From Diplonema japonicum (Eukaryota; Protista; Euglenozoa: Diplonemea): 64,000 nucleotides of DNA. How positions within the stretch are numbered: position 1 is the first letter of the stretch; each line of letters starts with the position of its first letter. The position numbers and the translations under genes were made by a program. Shown one piece after another: positions 52,601-55,600 of the stretch. Below the pieces are notes generated by a model. It was not told the origin of the DNA and ran no database searches. It saw only the letters and a list, made by a program, of their open reading frames with translations. The stretch lies in the NCBI GenBank assembly GCA_964019335.1, contig OZ025708.1, forward strand, positions 434,001 through 498,000, written 5' to 3'.

Positions 52601-55600
52601 GAGGGTGTGATCCTCTGCAAGGGCGAGACAGCACCGTGCTCATGCGGCCAGATGCCCGGGTGCATGTGGGACACGAGAACCTCGAAGTGTGCGGCGTCGA
52701 TGTTTTCGAACTGCCCTGCGGTGGACATAGTGATCGCGATCGACGGGTCCCTCAGCATGGGCGAGCGCTTCGGGCGCCACCCGCACGGCTTCTTCGCGGT
52801 GTCAGAGATGGTACTGGACCTTGCGAAGACGCTGCCGCTGTCGGGAGAGGCGGCGGGTGTGGCGAGCGATGCGTCGTTGCCCTCAGGCTTCCGTGTCGGC
52901 ACGGTGCAGTTCTCTGCGCAGAGAGAGGCGATGAAGGCTCCTGCTGGGACTGGGACCGAGGGCAGGCTATCTGGTGTGCTTGCAGAGATCGACGCCGATG
53001 TGCACTGGCACGAGGACCTGTTCACGTCGCACGCGACCGACGCTTCGTACCTCACGCAGGCGATGGAGATGGCTGCGAAGATGTTTGATAGCTCGCCTGC
53101 AGACAGGAAGAAAGTGCTGTTGGTGGTCGCTGATGGAGACATCCTGGACGCGGAAGCGAGCTCAATGGTGACGGTGTCTGGGCTATTGGAGCAGCAGAGG
53201 GTGCAGGTGTTCGCTGTTCACGTTAGACTGTACAACACGGCAAGCCCGCAGGACGAGAAGGACACTGCAAAGATGGAGGCTTTCGTGACCAGCCCGTCGA
53301 ACAGCCACGTGCAGGACGTGACAATGGAGGAGTTGGAGGATGTCTTCGCGAGCCTCTGCAACGAGAACAGCACGTTCGGCTACTTCCTCTCCAAGCACGG
53401 GGAGTCTGTGCACAAGAGCAGCTGCTCAGAGTGGGCGATACTGGCAGGCTGCGAGGCAGACAGCTCTTGCATGTGGAGCGCGGTGAAGAGCGCGTGCACG
53501 GCGAGCCCGTGCGTGCAGCACTGTGCCCAGGAGGAGTGTGAGGCGGACGTCGCGAACATGTGTGGCTGGGACGGTGCCTCGTGTTCCAGAAAGGTGTGTG
53601 CCTACACTGTGAAGGACAGCTGCGACGCGGTGCAGGGCTGCAGGTGGTCCACTGGTGTCACTGGTTTGGAGGAGTGCAAGCCTGAGGTAGGGTGTCCCGC
53701 CAAGTACACGTCGGAAAAGTGCGTGACCGACGTGAACTGCAAGTGGGATGCCAGCGACAGCCAGTGCAAGGAGAGGCACGGCTGCGTGGTGTACACCTCC
53801 CTCCCGGAGTGCAACGCAGACGGGGAGTGCGCTTGGAACACCGCCACCGCGCAGTGCGAGGACAAAACCGGGTGCGCTGTGCACATTGCCGAGATGACCT
53901 GCACCCCAGACAACGAGTGCACGTGGGATGCCATGAGCAATGTGTGTGTGGAGAAGAACTGTGCGTACTACAAGGATGCGGTAGCGTGCGAGGCACCGGG
54001 GGTTGGTGGTGCCTGCAAGTGGAACACCACGGACGGTAAGTGCGTGGAGGTTGAAGGTTGTGCTTCGTACAACGCCGAGGCAGCTTCGGCACAGGCCAAC
54101 TGCAACGACGACGTTATGTGCCAATGGAAAGAGAACACTTGCGTGGACAAGACCGGGTGCGCGAGGTACATTGCTGAGGTCACCTGCGATAGGAACAAGG
54201 ACGAGAGCGGTGTGCAGTGCGCGTGGAACGGCACTACGTGCGAGCAGGCGAAGGGATGCGCGCGCCACACCGACAGCATAACGTGCCTCGGGAATACTGG
54301 TGAAAACTGCGACTGGTTCACTGGTGACGACATGGGCACTGGCGGAGAAGCGGTGTGCGCAGAGAAGTGTCCTGCCAGAACCTCCGCGCCTGTGTGTGTG
54401 GAACAGGCAGGGTGCGGTTGGGTGGACAACAAGTGTGCGAAACTGGGCTGTGCGGTGCACACGTTGAAGCAACCCTGTGACGACGACAGCAGGATCGGCG
54501 GGTGCGAGTGGCTGCCCGACCAGGGCAAGTGCGCACCCAAGAACCCCGGTGCGTGCATCATCCGAGACGAGGACTCCTGCGTGGCGGGGACCGGCTCTGA
54601 GAGAAACAAGTGCAAGTGGGTGGGGGCGAATGACGGGGAGGCGGCCCCTGGGCAGCAGGGCGGGGCATGCATCGTGAACCCGAACCATGGGAAGTGCGGC
54701 ACGGACAACAAGGGGTGCTGCAAATGCAAGCCTGGGTGGTCGGGTCTCGAGTGCAACTTGTGTGGGTTCGAGGAGTCGAGCGACAGGGAGACGTGCACGC
54801 TGTGCAGCAGGGAAGGGACCTGTTCGAACCACGGGAAGTGTGGGGAAGACAACCTGTGTGTGTGCGACGGCGGGTGGACGGGCGCAGACTGCAGCCTCCG
54901 AGGGTGCGCTGACGCGGCCCCCTACTGGTACACGGCTTACCCGAACCAGCCGCTGAAGGACCAGACCTTCAGCCTGATCATCCACGGATGCTTCAACGCG
55001 AGCAGCACGAAGGACCGCGTGGTACGCGTAGTGAACGCGACCGGGGACCCCTCCGAGGACTGCAAGCAGGCGCAGTGCACGGAGACAGAGACGAACAAGG
55101 CGCTGGTGATCGGCACCGGCGGGTGCATGAAGGCGGTGCAGCAGAACATGTCGTTGGTGGAGCCCGTGTCAGAGATGGAGCTGCTGGTGGACGTGAAGGC
55201 GACCTTTGAGGCAACTAAGAGCGAGAATGAGTACACCGTGTGCTGGTTTGACGGGACGGGCTTCAAGCCGCTTGTGACGCACGACCGCGACGGGAACAGG
55301 AAGGACACCATCAAGGTCACTGCCGAGGCAGATGCAGACACCGGTCTCATCACCGAGAAGGGCGGAAATGGTGGCGGCGGCGAGGAGTGCTGTGAGGGGC
55401 TGAAGCTGGGCGAGGCATGCCTCCCAGCCGCCCTGATCCTTGTTCTGTGGATCGTGATTGTGGCCCTCATCGCCTTCCTTGTCTTTTCCCTCATCAAGAG
55501 CCAGAAGGAGAAGGGCGACTTGGACGGCAAGTCCTACAACAAGAAATTCGATGACTTCGAGATGGAGGATGGGAACCGCACCATGCTCAGGGACGAGGAC

